DNA from: a virus
DNA length: 64,000 bases
IMG/VR virus record: IMGVR_UViG_3300030497_000008
Span: 1-64,000 of that record
Reading direction: 5' to 3' (one strand)
The position numbers were made by a program, and so were the translations under genes. The notes under the pieces are model-generated. The model saw nothing but the letters and a program-made list of their open reading frames with translations. It had not been told where the DNA came from and made no database searches. Of the stretch, positions 1-12,404 are shown piece by piece; the stretch's first letter is position 1, and every line of letters begins with the position of its first letter.

Positions 1-201
1 AGATAATCTGCAAGCATTCCTTCAAGAGTTTAATAATACCTTCTACAACGGACGTGCAGCTAAGGGAGAACTCGTGTTAATCGTTAAAGATTACGAAGGA
101 AAAGAAATTACAAGAATTTATTAAAAAAGTACTTTACAGAAAGTAAAATGAATGATAAGATAAAGACAAGTTAAAGGAAGTTAAATCTTAACAAGAGGTG
201 A

Positions 202-3200
202 TTGGATATGGGGAACAAATCGTATTTAGTAGTAGGTAAGCGCGGTTCTCACGCAAACGAGTATCGTGAAACGTTATATGTAGGTAATGATAGCGCGAAA
301 GCTAAGTCGTTTACTGTCGATGAGACCTTACACGTATTAGAAATGGAAGTGTGGGGAGATGGAGTTAAACTCCAAAAGTACGTAAAGAAAGACATCCATA
401 CATGGGAATTGGTACTTGACAGGTTAGGTATTTTACAGAGAGAACTAACAGAAAAGAAGGAAGAATTAAGTAAACTAGAAGAAGAAATCACTAAAATAAA
501 ATCAATAGTTGAAGAGGAGTGATTGAATATGGCATACGATTATGAAAGTAATGATGGTCTTTGTAAAAGTAACAACGCAGGGTTTATTAATAACTGGAAC
601 AGAATTGGCAAGGAAATGGAAGAGAGTGAACGAGAATGGGTAGCAAAACTACGCTCGCAAGGAGTAAAAGCTGCTCACCCTGACGACGGATGGGTAGACC
701 GCGAGAACAATACAATATACTTTGCATATCCTCAGTTTAATGATGGTGTGCAAGTTGGCGATACAATTGCACTAGGGTGGGATTGGCATCGAACTAGATT
801 AGTACGAGTGATTGGTATCATAGAACAGCCGCTTATGGGTAAGCCTAGATATGCGTTTGAACAAATTGTTGATAAAGAAAAGAATAAGTTAAGATGGTGG
901 GAAAAACTATTACGATTCGGTAACGATAAATAGGGAGGATAATTCAAATGTTATATGAGATTGAACATGAAGGGCGTATTGTTGTAACGTCCGCTAATGC
1001 GAGGTACGCTCTAGAAACATTATTTAATGAGACAATGGTATTATTTGATATTAATGATAAGCTGCCTAAGGTGAAGGCTCTGAGAGCTGGTGAGGTTTTC
1101 TTATTAGGTGCTAGAACATATGTTACAGCGCATGAACAAGATATGATGGGAGGTAAGTTGGTATGAGAACTGTAAAAGTTGTTTATGTTAACTACATAGG
1201 TGATGTGTACGAGTTACAACGAAAAGTATCTATGGATGGCTCTTATTACTTCGTAAACCTAAATGGAGAGCTTAGGTGTACACTAGACCTAAATAAGCCG
1301 TTCCCAGTATCTGCACTCCCTAGAGGTGCTAAACGTATCGGTGAACAAGACATTAATAAAAAAGATTTAACTCTAGGTAAGCTAATCAAAACGCAGAATG
1401 AGCTACAAGACAAGATAGCAAGTCTTGAGGATGCATCTCGTGAAACAGGAAAAGACATATTCGAAATGTTCAAGAATCTCCCAGAAGAAGAAATTCATAC
1501 TTACTATCGTATGATGAATAAAGAGAATGAGAGTCATGTACGCTACGAGATTTTCAGAGAATTCGTAATACATAATAAATCTAATGGAGGTAATTAAAAT
1601 GAGTAAAACATTCGAAGTATACGATGACTTAGTAGCGATAGATGTAAACGAAGTTATAAGAGTGTGTATTGGTACTGAAATAAATCCTGTGAATTACAAG
1701 TATGCAAAGGTTATCGGGAAATCTACAGCAGAGATGCCACCTTATAAAAACTACTACGGTATAGTTTTCAATGGTGGGACGGATGTATGGCGTATCCCAG
1801 AGGAAGAGATGCAAAAACTATTCAATGTAGCTGAGAACAACAACATCAAGGTTGGAGACGAATTTGTAATAACTAAATTTCATCCTAGTTTAGTAGGGTA
1901 TGTAGGGGATACAGGTCGTGTTATTAGTGTTAAACGTAAGCCATCTAATAGTGTTACGTTAGTGGATATATACATCGAAGGTCGTGGGAATAGGTACGAA
2001 TTATGTATAGGTGATTTAGATAAGTATATTGAGGTTATAAAAGAAGCGGAGGAAACGGAAATGAAAATGAAAACAGAAAAGAGCCCATTTAATATTGTTG
2101 TGCAAAAATTTGATTATTCTGAAAGAAGATTGGAAAATGTGTATGTAGGTGCAGATAACGATGAAGCGAATAACATTGATGCTAGTGGTAACGACTACCT
2201 AATCAAACAGTTATGGTTCGATGGCATGCTTATGTTTGAACTCATTCGCGATAATAAAGCACAAACATGGAGAGAACTTAAAAACTATACAACGAACGTT
2301 GTGAAGGATTTGGAGAGAACATTAACAAAGGCTGGAGAGCTATACGAACGCGTATACACAGTCGAACAGATGCGTAAAGAAACAGACGGTATTGTAACAG
2401 GATATCCAGAGTTCACAGCAGACGTTCGCGAAGTTTTTGGACAAGCTCAAAGATTACGTGATTGCTTAGAATCTATTAGAGTAGCAGACTAGGAGGTTTA
2501 CTATGAAATATAAAGTTTTGAGTCCTGATGTGGAAGAGGAATGTACAAGGGACTACCTTTTAGCTACGAATGATTTTCCGTTCTCTCACGCCCGTGATGA
2601 ACAATGTGAGAGGATGTATGAATGGTCTAGAGACAATTTAGGAATCACATTAGAGGAGGAACAATAATGTCTGGATTAAGAAATGTAAATATCACTTTTG
2701 TAGTAACTGGTTTTGATGAGGAGAACCAAGACAGCGTAACATTGTATGCAGGTTTTGATGAGGATGCGGCAGATGTAGCAGCAAAAGAGTCTACATACTG
2801 TGATTTCCATAAAGAGGTATGGCATCAAGGTAAGCAAATTAAACTATACATGAAGCCTACTCCAGAGGATGAATGGGCTGTATGGTATGATGGGGTGAAG
2901 AAACTAGTTAAGGAAGCTAACGAGACAGCATCTATTCTAGTTGGTCAACTTGACAAACTGCATTTCCTTAAACCTTTGTTAGACCCGTTAGAAATACTAG
3001 AATTAGAGAGTGACTTAAAACGAATGACAGACTATGTAAAATCAATCGAGTACATTATGGATGAAATCAATGAGTAAGTGTAACCGTGAGATGGCGAATA
3101 ACGGGACAGGTGGATGTATTACTTGCCCGTTCGCTTGGACGGAAGAATCGGAACAGGCACAGAACTATGGATGCCTACCATGCGAGTATGATATTATTAA

Positions 3201-5533
3201 AATGAAAGAAGAAACTGGACATAATTGGGCTTGTCATTACGATGAAACAGTTATGTGTGGTGGGTTTGCAAAACATGTTAAGAAACACAGACCTAACTAA
3301 GGGAGGATTGATTTCTTATGACACATGGTACAGAGAAGGACAAGACGTGGCAATACACGAGGCTGGGCGTAACGAAAGAACAGATGATTGACTTCTGCTA
3401 TATCATGGCTCGTGTGTTTGAAATGGAGTTTGCTAGTCCGTTCGAGTCATGGACAGACAGAGGGCTTACACATGCGTATAATTACTTTTATGATAGAAAG
3501 CAGCAACTAGTAGATAAAGGAAAATGGAGAGTGGTTGAACAATGAAATTTGCAATAAAACTAGTAGATGAAATAACACGAGCAGAGATGATTGACTATTG
3601 TATCAGGATTGATAAAGTATTTAATAGATTGTCGAAAGATTACGAAAATATGCTTGACGATGAGTTGGACAAGTGTTATACTAAAAGTGTAATAGATTGG
3701 CATGAGTTATTAAAAGATTAGGAGGAATACATAATATGAGCATTTGGGAACTAAAACATGATTTGAAATGGGGCAGAGGGATGCTTGCTGCAACAGGTAC
3801 TGCTTTAGCCGTATGTAGTGGATACATGGCTTTCACAGGAGCACCGAACCTTTTAAACTTCGTGATATCATTCTTGGCTGGTGGAAGCTTTGCGATAGCG
3901 CACACGTTACATAAGGATTTAAAGAGATTATGAGAGGTTTCATAGGGTTTGTGTTCATGTGGGCTGGGGTATTCATAATGCTGCTCACTAACCTATTAAT
4001 CGGATTCACAGTGTTTATAGTAGGAATCGGGATGTGCAAATCTGCACACGATATAAAAGAAGCTAGAGAAACATTAAGAGACTTAGGAATTAAACAATAG
4101 GAGGAAATGAAAATGAAATCAAAAACAAGTAGAGTTATAGATGGTGTGTTAGGATTAGCGTTAGGTATCGGAGGATTCTATCAGTTCGCCGTTAATAAAG
4201 ATTCGTTAGGGTTGCTGTATTCTCTGTTAGGACTACAAATCGGTGCTAATGCGATTGATAATTACGAATTAGATAGTAGAATCAAAAAACTAGAAGGAAA
4301 GATTAATAAGGAGGATGTTAACTAATGCATAACACTTTAATTATTATGAGCGGTACAGCGTTATTTGTAGGTGGTTGGGCTATGATTCTAACAGGTAACG
4401 TTATCGCAGGAGCTATCTTTCTATCAATTGGGATGCTTATGTTAGGTCTGCTAGGAGGTATGGGATTACTGTGGTGGCACTTTAAAACTGAGGGTTGCAT
4501 TGATGAGCATTTTCTACGTAAATACAACGCAAAAGGTGGTAAAAAATAATGCAATGGGTTAAACTTCCACAGGTGGACAAGCTAGTAGCTACCCACAACA
4601 AACTAATGGACTTACCATATTACGACTTTAAAAACATAAATAAAGAGATTGATAAATTTAATAACTCTCTTCAATACATAAAAGAGAATAGTGTAACTGT
4701 ACATAATATGAAAGAGACACTAGCACTAGCTGCTGGTATGCGAGAGTTAATGGAGATGCTAGAAGAATTCTATAAAGACGGTAAATTCAGAGAACACACA
4801 GACTATGAAAATGCTGTTACTGATTTCATTCACGATATGCATCTCGTACACTATAAAGATAGCGTTATTAACGAGTAGGAGGTGCATTATGACATATAGA
4901 GAGCGTTTATTTGACCAGTGGGAGAAGGAAGATGAAGCTATCTACAGACGTCATGTATATGACGATTCTGTTCGCTCCTACAACATAGGAGATGTGTTTG
5001 CTCTAGTATTAACGGAAGAGCCAGATGGTAGATTACATGGTTACTATAAAGTACATAAAACAAATATGACTCTCACACTAGATGGCGAGGGCATGACAAG
5101 AGGTAAAATACTTAAAATGATGTGGGACAAGGCTAGGGAGATTAACCCAGCGCTACCAGTTCCAGTCGCATAGGAGTTTGCTATGAATATACTTACATAC
5201 ATAAAGAAAGTTAGATGTTTACTGGTCGTGAATACCACGTTAGGAGGTCTTAACACCTATCCGTTATTTCGAAAGAGAAGCGCATTTAAAGTAGCTCGCT
5301 ACGATAATCCTAAAGTTAGACGTAAAATGGGAGGTAAGTGGGTTAAAGTAACAGTAACTATACTCTCTGCATACTCAAAATACCATTACTGGATACCTGT
5401 AGATGGAGAGTTTAAGCTTGCTTCTGAATACATAATTGCTGAGGAATACTATGAAAATAATAAGTTAGTAAAAGAACGATGGTTGATTAATGTTAATCAT
5501 CGAAATTCATGGACTACAAAAACTTACAAATGA
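202..5533 (+). other. Block of ~18 small, tightly packed hypothetical phage ORFs (early/middle accessory genes, several membrane proteins)
   Basis: Co-oriented abutting ORFs, most with GGAGG-type RBS (e.g. 202..522, 523..933, 948..1166, 1163..1597, 1584..2492, 2667..3077, 3318..3545, 4107..4325, 4325..4549, 4549..4878, 5183..5533); no recognisable catalytic motifs. Confidence 0.75.
3061..3300 (+). CDS. Small Cys/His-rich putative metal-binding protein
   Basis: CxxCPF, GCLPC, WACH and C motifs in 79 aa. Confidence 0.55.
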   Translation: MKSMSKCNREMANNGTGGCITCPFAWTEESEQAQNYGCLPCEYDIIKMKEETGHNWACHYDETVMCGGFAKHVKKHRPN

Positions 5534-5549
5534 AAAGGAGAAATGTTAA

Positions 5550-6476
5550 ATGACAGGATTTGAACAAAAGAAATACACAAAGGTATTACGTTATGGAAAG
5601 AAAGGCACAGCAGGGTTATTAACCCCTGAGACAGAGATTGTTATCTTAGAGAAGGTTGATGGTAGTAACGCATCGTTTGGTAATGACACAGAGCTTGATA
5701 GATTACGAAAGTTCTCTCGAAACAACGAGCTAACGGATGTATACGGTTTGAATGGCTTCGTAGAGTGGGCTGATAAGACTATCAATCCTAATGAGCTGCT
5801 ACCAGATGTATTATACTTCGGTGAATGGTTAGCGCCACACAAAGTACAGTACCCAGAGTACACACGTACATTCGTATTGTTTGACTTATTTGATACAGTA
5901 ACTCGTACATATGCTTCTTTCGATGATGTAGAGGCGGAAGCGAAACGATTAAACCTTAAACTTGTCCCAGTACTATACCGTGGTAAGTACATCAGCTATG
6001 AGCATCTTGAGTCATTCGTTGGGCAAACTCAAATGGGCGGTATCATCGGAGATAAAAAAGGTGGAGAAGGTATCGTTGTTAAACTAGCATCAAATGATAA
6101 TAGCGTATTCTTGAAGCTAGTAGACGAGGCATTCTTAGAAGTACATAATAAAGGTGGTAACTCTCAACAGAAAGCACCTAAAGACCCTAATAAGGTAAGT
6201 GAGGAGCGTAAATTCGTTAACAATACTGTTACGAAGGCTCGTGTGGATAAAATCATCTACAAGCTGCAAGATGAAGGGAAACTGCCAGAAGAAATTACAA
6301 TCCAAGACATGGGATTAATCTTAAGTCTTGCTGGTAGATTAGTATACGATGACATCATCGAGGAAGAGCGTGACATGCTTCCAGAAGAGTTCGAGCCTAA
6401 AGAAGTTCGACGCGCTATCGGAGGCGTTCTACCTAACATTGTTAAAGAAATCTTAAAAGAACGCGGTACATACTAA
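5550..6476 (+). CDS. ATP-dependent RNA ligase, Rnl2-like
   Basis: Nucleotidyltransferase motifs EKVDGSN (I), YFGEW (III), FVLFDLF (IIIa), EGIVVK (IV) plus helical C-terminal domain; RBS AAGGAG. Confidence 0.85.
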   Translation: MTGFEQKKYTKVLRYGKKGTAGLLTPETEIVILEKVDGSNASFGNDTELDRLRKFSRNNELTDVYGLNGFVEWADKTINPNELLPDVLYFGEWLAPHKVQYPEYTRTFVLFDLFDTVTRTYASFDDVEAEAKRLNLKLVPVLYRGKYISYEHLESFVGQTQMGGIIGDKKGGEGIVVKLASNDNSVFLKLVDEAFLEVHNKGGNSQQKAPKDPNKVSEERKFVNNTVTKARVDKIIYKLQDEGKLPEEITIQDMGLILSLAGRLVYDDIIEEERDMLPEEFEPKEVRRAIGGVLPNIVKEILKERGTY

Positions 6477-6486
6477 TACATATAAT

Positions 6487-6512
6487 GGGAGAGGCTCTGC
6501 CTCTCTTTTTTA
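6487..6512 (+). terminator. Rho-independent terminator after RNA ligase
   Basis: GAGAGGC-TCT-GCCTCTC followed by T run. Confidence 0.8.
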
Positions 6513-7354
6513 TGAAAATTAATAGATAAATTTAAATAAAAGTGTTGACTTAAAGTAAAACGTATAGTAATATATAATCATAAGGAGGAGATAATATGAA
6601 AGAGAAAATGACATATGAGGACGCCTGTGAGTTTATTTCTAAGTACCTAAAGGAGGCTAAAGGTATTGAGATGACAGCGAAACAAATCTTCAACCAATCT
6701 ACTACAGGTGACCTGTTGCATGTACACATCCTATACACTATTGCTGTTAAGTATTATGAACGTAAGAAAGATTTAGCGGATGATAGGTCTGCTAGAGAGT
6801 GGGATGAAGCCATCTGGGGTATACCTTTCTATGGTTAAACAGGACAAGCAATTACTAAACTGGTACATAATGTGTCTAACAAGCCTCAACCAAGGGGGTA
6901 CGCTGGTTATACCTGAGAAGTATTACTCAAATATTATATGTATTCTTCATCAAATGCAACTAGATAGAAGATTAATAAATGTAGGGTTTGTCAATGACAG
7001 CGAAGTTAAGGTAGTTCTGAAATGAGAGAGCAATTATACATTGTGTGGTTCACCTTTACATGGTGCGCGGTATGTGTATGTGGGTTTGATGCTACCGCTA
7101 AAGAGCCTAGAATTGATGGTTGGTTTAGAATACTAACGATTATCAACTTCATCGTTATTGTATGCTTTGCGAAAAGGGAGGATGGTAAGAATGGTTATTG
7201 AGTTCAATGGTGAGAATCATTTCGTAAAAGATATTTGGGAGTTTATTGAGTTGCTGCCTAAAGAAATCCAAAACGATGTTACAGATTTAGTAGATGACGA
7301 GATTGATAAGAACGTAGCACCTATATGGGAGATGCTATAGAAGGAGGAATAGTT

Positions 7355-7657
7355 GTGGCTGGTAGAGAGGAGATTAAGAACTTGACTTGGCAAGAAGCGA
7401 AAGAGTACATGAGACGAGGTAAAATCGTTAGACATGACTCGTGGAGTGGGTATCAGAGTTTATGGATTATGACAGGTTCTGAGATTGCTGAAAAATTCTC
7501 TTGGGGTTTTGGAGAGATGGTAGGAGAGCCTTATATTCAAGATACTTATGTGTATCAAGATAGAGATGATAAACTGTACTTTGGGAAGAAACCGCCTAAA
7601 AGTCTAAGGAAAGATAATGACTGGATTGTGTGCGGTACTTGGACAGATAAACGATAG
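7355..7657 (+). CDS. Tad2/DUF2829-like cyclic-nucleotide sponge (anti-defence), divergent
   Basis: GTG start after AAGGAGG; pattern EA..M..GKIV...W.G...GFGE...EP...DW aligns by eye with recalled SPO1 Tad2. Confidence 0.65.
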   Translation: MAGREEIKNLTWQEAKEYMRRGKIVRHDSWSGYQSLWIMTGSEIAEKFSWGFGEMVGEPYIQDTYVYQDRDDKLYFGKKPPKSLRKDNDWIVCGTWTDKR

Positions 7658-7669
7658 GAGAGATATGAT

Positions 7670-7894
7670 ATGGCATTTAGCTGGGATACAGAAACAGTAA
7701 TTGAAGAAGGTACTATTGATGAGAAGAGTAAGTTCACAGTGCTGCTGTGTACGAAAGGTAAAAACGAATTTGTTCAGTATATTCCTGAGAATATGACAAA
7801 AGAAGGTTGGAAGAAAGGTACATATCGTACAGTTCGGTTGGACGAGCTTCAACGTATTAATACAGCTTTACTAAATAAAGGAGGAAATGAATAA
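7670..7894 (+). CDS. Small protein, possibly PC4/YdbC-like ssDNA-binding fold
   Basis: 74 aa, beta-rich pattern with EGWKKG and a C-terminal helix. Confidence 0.35.
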   Translation: MAFSWDTETVIEEGTIDEKSKFTVLLCTKGKNEFVQYIPENMTKEGWKKGTYRTVRLDELQRINTALLNKGGNE

Positions 7895-8325
7895 TGGAAG
7901 TTATCACAAGAGGTTCTGAGACTGTAGAGGAAAAGCAGTCGTTAGTGGTTATTGGTACGAAGAACACTTATATGGTTGTAAGAGAGAATCATGGGTGTCC
8001 AAGACCGTTCCGAGCTCTAGTAATACCTAGTGCACGAGGGGAAAACCCATTTATATGTAAAACATCTAACGCGGATTTACAGATTGTGCTTGAGTATATT
8101 AAAACTACCTTTAACGAGAAAGAGTTACGACTAGTAGATACAGCAGATTTCTCGCTAGTAGAACGAGGTGCATCATTTAAGTAGGATGTATCTTATAAAA
8201 GTTGTTGACTTTTAGTAAAATGATAGTATAATATAGTTAAATACATATTAGCTCCTCGCACTACTGACTAGACTCTGGTGCTGGGAGCTAGCACTAAAAA
8301 AACTAAATTGATAGGAGAGATTTAT

Positions 8326-8574
8326 ATGAAACAATGTACAAAGTGTAGAGGACGTCATTCTAATTATGGAGGGTTATGCACACGCTGCAAGAATAACAGG
8401 TCATCAAGTTATGGCTCTGGTAAAAATAGTTACGGTTCTAGCAATACTAGTTACGGTTCTAGCAATACTAGCTATGGAAGTATGAATAACTACGATTACG
8501 CTCATGATACAAACACATGTTACAACGATAATTACGATACACCTAGCTACGGTAACGATTCGTACTGCGATTAA
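8326..8574 (+). CDS. Zn-knuckle protein with SYGS low-complexity repeats
   Basis: ATG after AGGAGA; CxxC...CxxC then four SYGS units, partly encoded by a 21-bp tandem repeat. Confidence 0.7.
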   Translation: MKQCTKCRGRHSNYGGLCTRCKNNRSSSYGSGKNSYGSSNTSYGSSNTSYGSMNNYDYAHDTNTCYNDNYDTPSYGNDSYCD

Positions 8575-8600
8575 TAAAAACTAGTTGGAGGTAAAAGAAC

Positions 8601-9014
8601 ATGGATAAAACACAAGTAACAGATAAGGTATTTCAATACATAGATGAGTTCGCTAAGACATTAGGGGTAACGGCTGATAGAGTATTCGAATCAGTAGTAA
8701 AGCAAATGTACGTAGACGCTGCAATCAGTGGGTTAGAGTTTATTGTATTCGGTATCGCATTATTTGTAGTAGTTAGGTTCATGATTAATTATAATAAAAA
8801 GTTTAACGAGAGAAAAGAAAAAGTTATGGAGACTAGCGGTTATTGGTCTGATTCAAATGATGACCAGCGATTCAAGATTAATCTAGCATATACGGTCTCT
8901 ATTATCTTCCTCAGTTTCGTTGTACTATGGAATGCTGAGATGGGTATTAGTAAGGCGGTAAACCCTGAGTACTATGCTACAAAAGAAATCGTCAAACAAA
9001 TCCAAGGTAAGTAA
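8601..9014 (+). CDS. Two-TM membrane protein, phage hypothetical
   Basis: GGAGG RBS; two hydrophobic helices; NPEYYA C-terminal motif. Confidence 0.7.
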   Translation: MDKTQVTDKVFQYIDEFAKTLGVTADRVFESVVKQMYVDAAISGLEFIVFGIALFVVVRFMINYNKKFNERKEKVMETSGYWSDSNDDQRFKINLAYTVSIIFLSFVVLWNAEMGISKAVNPEYYATKEIVKQIQGK

Positions 9015-9018
9015 TGCT

Positions 9019-9087
9019 TAGTAGCTCCTCACAAAACGTGGGGAGTTTTTATTTTACTAGTAGCTCCTTACAAACACTTAGTAGCTC
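9019..9087 (+). repeat. Three TAGTAGCTC motifs (first overlaps a terminator-like hairpin 9025-9055)
   Basis: Copies at 9019, 9058, 9079; two more at 17826, 17856. Confidence 0.8.
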
Positions 9088-9145
9088 GCTGCAAACACCT
9101 TTCGACATATCGTATAATCTAGATTTGAATAGTAGTAATAGTTAT

Positions 9146-9160
9146 AATATTCTGAAAATT
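9146..9160. promoter_or_regulatory. CodY-box-like site upstream of the early cassette region
   Basis: AATATTCTGAAAATT, 1 mismatch to AATTTTCWGAAAATT. Confidence 0.6.
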
Positions 9161-10171
9161 TAAATAATTGCAGCTCCGTCGCTTTCTTTCTATTATATGC
9201 GCGTATAAAGGCTACTTGTTTTTGTCCTTATAATAGAAGAAACTCGATTTTATTAAAAAAGATACGAAAATGTATAAAAAGTTGTTGTTTTACTAAAAGT
9301 ATTATGGTAAGATGAAATCAGTTAAGAAAACAACAAAATAACGAAAGAGGTTGATGTGTATGAAAGCACTAACTATTAAAGAGATTAAAGAAAAGAGTGA
9401 TACGGAATTAATCGCTTCTCTTTACTGGGTTGCTGTTCGTTCTACTAATGAAACAAATAGTTTTCGAGGGTTAACGAAGCGTACGGCACAGGATGAGGAG
9501 CGTATACTTAGAGAAGCAATTGAACGCTTTAATTTAGATGAGCAGGTTTTAATTGATAAAACAGTTTTGATACCAAGATAAAAAAAGTTTTAAAAAGTAC
9601 TTGAAATACCAATTGATACATGATAAGATAATTACAGGTTAAAGAAACACCAAAAAATATAAAACGAAAGAGGTTATTATAATGGAAATCAGAGCAATTA
9701 ATTGGGAAGTAAACTTTAAAAGTGAAATGAGCGAACTTGAGTTATACGGGATTGAAAGTGTAATTGATACTTATTGTAACGATGAAGTGTTTAACTTCAA
9801 TCATGAATCATTAGGGCTTGCTTATACATCTTCCAGCGCATACGCAATGTACAACGTTTGTAACGGAGAATTCACTTATTATGATTGGAACACTGAAAAG
9901 GATTTAATTGTTAGTCACTTCGCGGTAACAACTGGAGGATATCTTGTTATGGTATGTCATGATGAATTTGAAAGAGAATTTATGTTCGAACTCGTGTGAG
10001 CGAGTATAAATAGCCTTTAGGCTCACAGCGTTAGAGAGGGTTTCTCCTCTCTAGGTAGGAAAATAAAAAATTCCTAAATAATTTTAAAAAAGTACTTGTA
10101 ATACTAATTAATACATGATAAGATGATTACAGGTTAAGAAAACAAAACAAATTAAGAGGAGATGTTTTAAA

Positions 10172-11056
10172 ATGACAAAAAAATTAGAATTAGCTCAATA
10201 CGATTATATCGAGGTTTTAGAAGATGAAATTGATGTATTAGCAAGATTCAATGACTATGACGGCTCAACTTGTGTATGTGATGCTATCACTGAAATTGCG
10301 GACACGGCTGTATCAATTTATCCTGCTGATTTATGGAAAAATGCTTATGAAATGAAAGAGTACATTGAGGAGGCTATGTCAAGCGGTTTATGCGAGACGC
10401 CACGCGGACAGCAACCCGACTTAGATAAAATATTTGCGGCTGGATACTATGAATATTACTCACAACTATTATATAACAACGAAAGTGAAATGTATTATAA
10501 TTACATTGCTAACATCGTTAATAAATGGATTGAAACCCTTAATTACGAACAGTTAGAAAAGCTAGATATTGACAATCTAGATGAGCGTATCGAATATGAA
10601 AAAGGCGACATTGATAATAATAGTTATATGGAAGACTTGGAAGATATCGCGAAACGTATTATTGCAGAGTTCAAAGGGAAGGTTAACAAGAATGATGCGT
10701 GGGAGAATCACGGAGACGTCGATGCACTCGACCAAGGCGGGATTTTCATCCGTCCTGATGAAGAACAAAGACATTGCTATTATGTTGTAAAGGTTGACAA
10801 CTTAGAATATATAACAAATGAAGATAAAATTCGTATTACGGATATGTATGTTGATATTTCCGATGACTGGTTTGATTGGGCTGGTATTGAATCTTACAGC
10901 GGTACAGAGGAAAGTGACGACGACATAGAAAAAGTGTTGGCTGTAATTGATTATCACGGCGCAGAAAATTTCAATCCAGATATGGAAGATTTCGAAGAAA
11001 AGACGGATGCTATCGAGTATCTAGCGAATATGGGCATTGCTGTAGAGGAGGCTTAA
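10172..11056 (+). CDS. Ocr-like DNA-mimic (antirestriction) protein with extra acidic C-terminal domain
   Basis: Very Asp/Glu-rich; DAITEIADTAVSIYPAD...SGL...DLDKIFAAGYYE matches recalled T7 Ocr DAIHMAADNAVPHYYAD...SGL...DVIRILQARIYE. Confidence 0.7.
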   Translation: MTKKLELAQYDYIEVLEDEIDVLARFNDYDGSTCVCDAITEIADTAVSIYPADLWKNAYEMKEYIEEAMSSGLCETPRGQQPDLDKIFAAGYYEYYSQLLYNNESEMYYNYIANIVNKWIETLNYEQLEKLDIDNLDERIEYEKGDIDNNSYMEDLEDIAKRIIAEFKGKVNKNDAWENHGDVDALDQGGIFIRPDEEQRHCYYVVKVDNLEYITNEDKIRITDMYVDISDDWFDWAGIESYSGTEESDDDIEKVLAVIDYHGAENFNPDMEDFEEKTDAIEYLANMGIAVEEA

Positions 11057-12404
11057 TAATGGAAGATATAACAAATCAAATACATCATATTATGGATAAA
11101 ATAAGTGAATGGAACGACCACATAGAGTACTTACAAGACGAACGGGAGCTCGCTTATCATGAGCAGGACAGAGAATACTACACAGAACAAATACAGTTCT
11201 GTAAAGACAAAATAGAGCTGTTACAAGTGCGGTTGTCAGAGTTAGAACAGGAAGAAACAAGACGCTTCCCCAATAGCAGGGAGCGAGCACAACACGAGGC
11301 GGGCATGAGTGAGCGGGACTTTTTATAGTCCTTCTCCTCCTTCTTTTAAAAAAGTACTTGAAATACTATTTTACATATGGTAAGATGAGGACAGTTAAGA
11401 AAGGGAGTTATTGTATATGTTAAAAGCGATGGACAACCATTATACAGAGCATTTCAAAGGGTTTGTATGTGTGAATAGTGAAGGGATTAGAAGTGTATGG
11501 GCTTCGTACAACGAGGATTTACACGACATTGACATCCGTGTTGTATTAGGTGCAGCGCGAATTGATAATGTAGCGGCTGCCTTCTCTATAGGTGTTGAGG
11601 ATATAGAGAATATTGTTGAGTGCTTACCGCAATTAATGGGGAAAGGGAAGGTGTTAGTATAATGAAATATATTGTAAATGTATACAAGGATAACAATTAT
11701 AAAGAAGGCGCTAAAAGGGAGTTTACCGAACTTGGTGACGCTATGATACATATAACGCTCACTATCTCGCACCCTCATTTTATTTTGCAAGACATCGAAA
11801 CATGTATTAGTCATGATGAAACAGAAACATTCTATATGATTTATGGGAGGGAAGTTAAATAATGGTACGCGCGTTTATTCACGGGACATCAGTTAGTTTC
11901 TTTGTTAAAAATCATGAGAAGTATTCAAAAGGTGATTCTATACACTTTAATAACAAGGTGTATAGAGTCTTACATAAAACTAGTGTGGCTATGTTTGTAG
12001 ATTGCACATCACATACACATAATAGGAAAATTAAAATTATAAAAAGTACGTGCAATACTCAATTATCTATAGTAAAATGAAAATAACTTAAAGAGAAGGA
12101 GATGTTTTACATGTATAATCCTTATTGGGTTGATGTTAAACTATTACCACTAGCAAGCAAGATGCGCCGTAATTATAAAATTATTGAGGCGTTCAACTTC
12201 AATACTTATGTTCACTTTGAAGTATTTAAAAATTACAGTTTGGTTATGAGTAGCCATAATAATAACTTAAAATAGGGAGTGTATCAATCATGAAAGAGTT
12301 TTTCCGCGGCTCACTTAGAGTCACTGTATATGGAGGTATATTTTATTTATATGTATATGTGCTCTCATTAATGATTGTACACCTATAGAGGAAGGAGCGC
12401 AACG

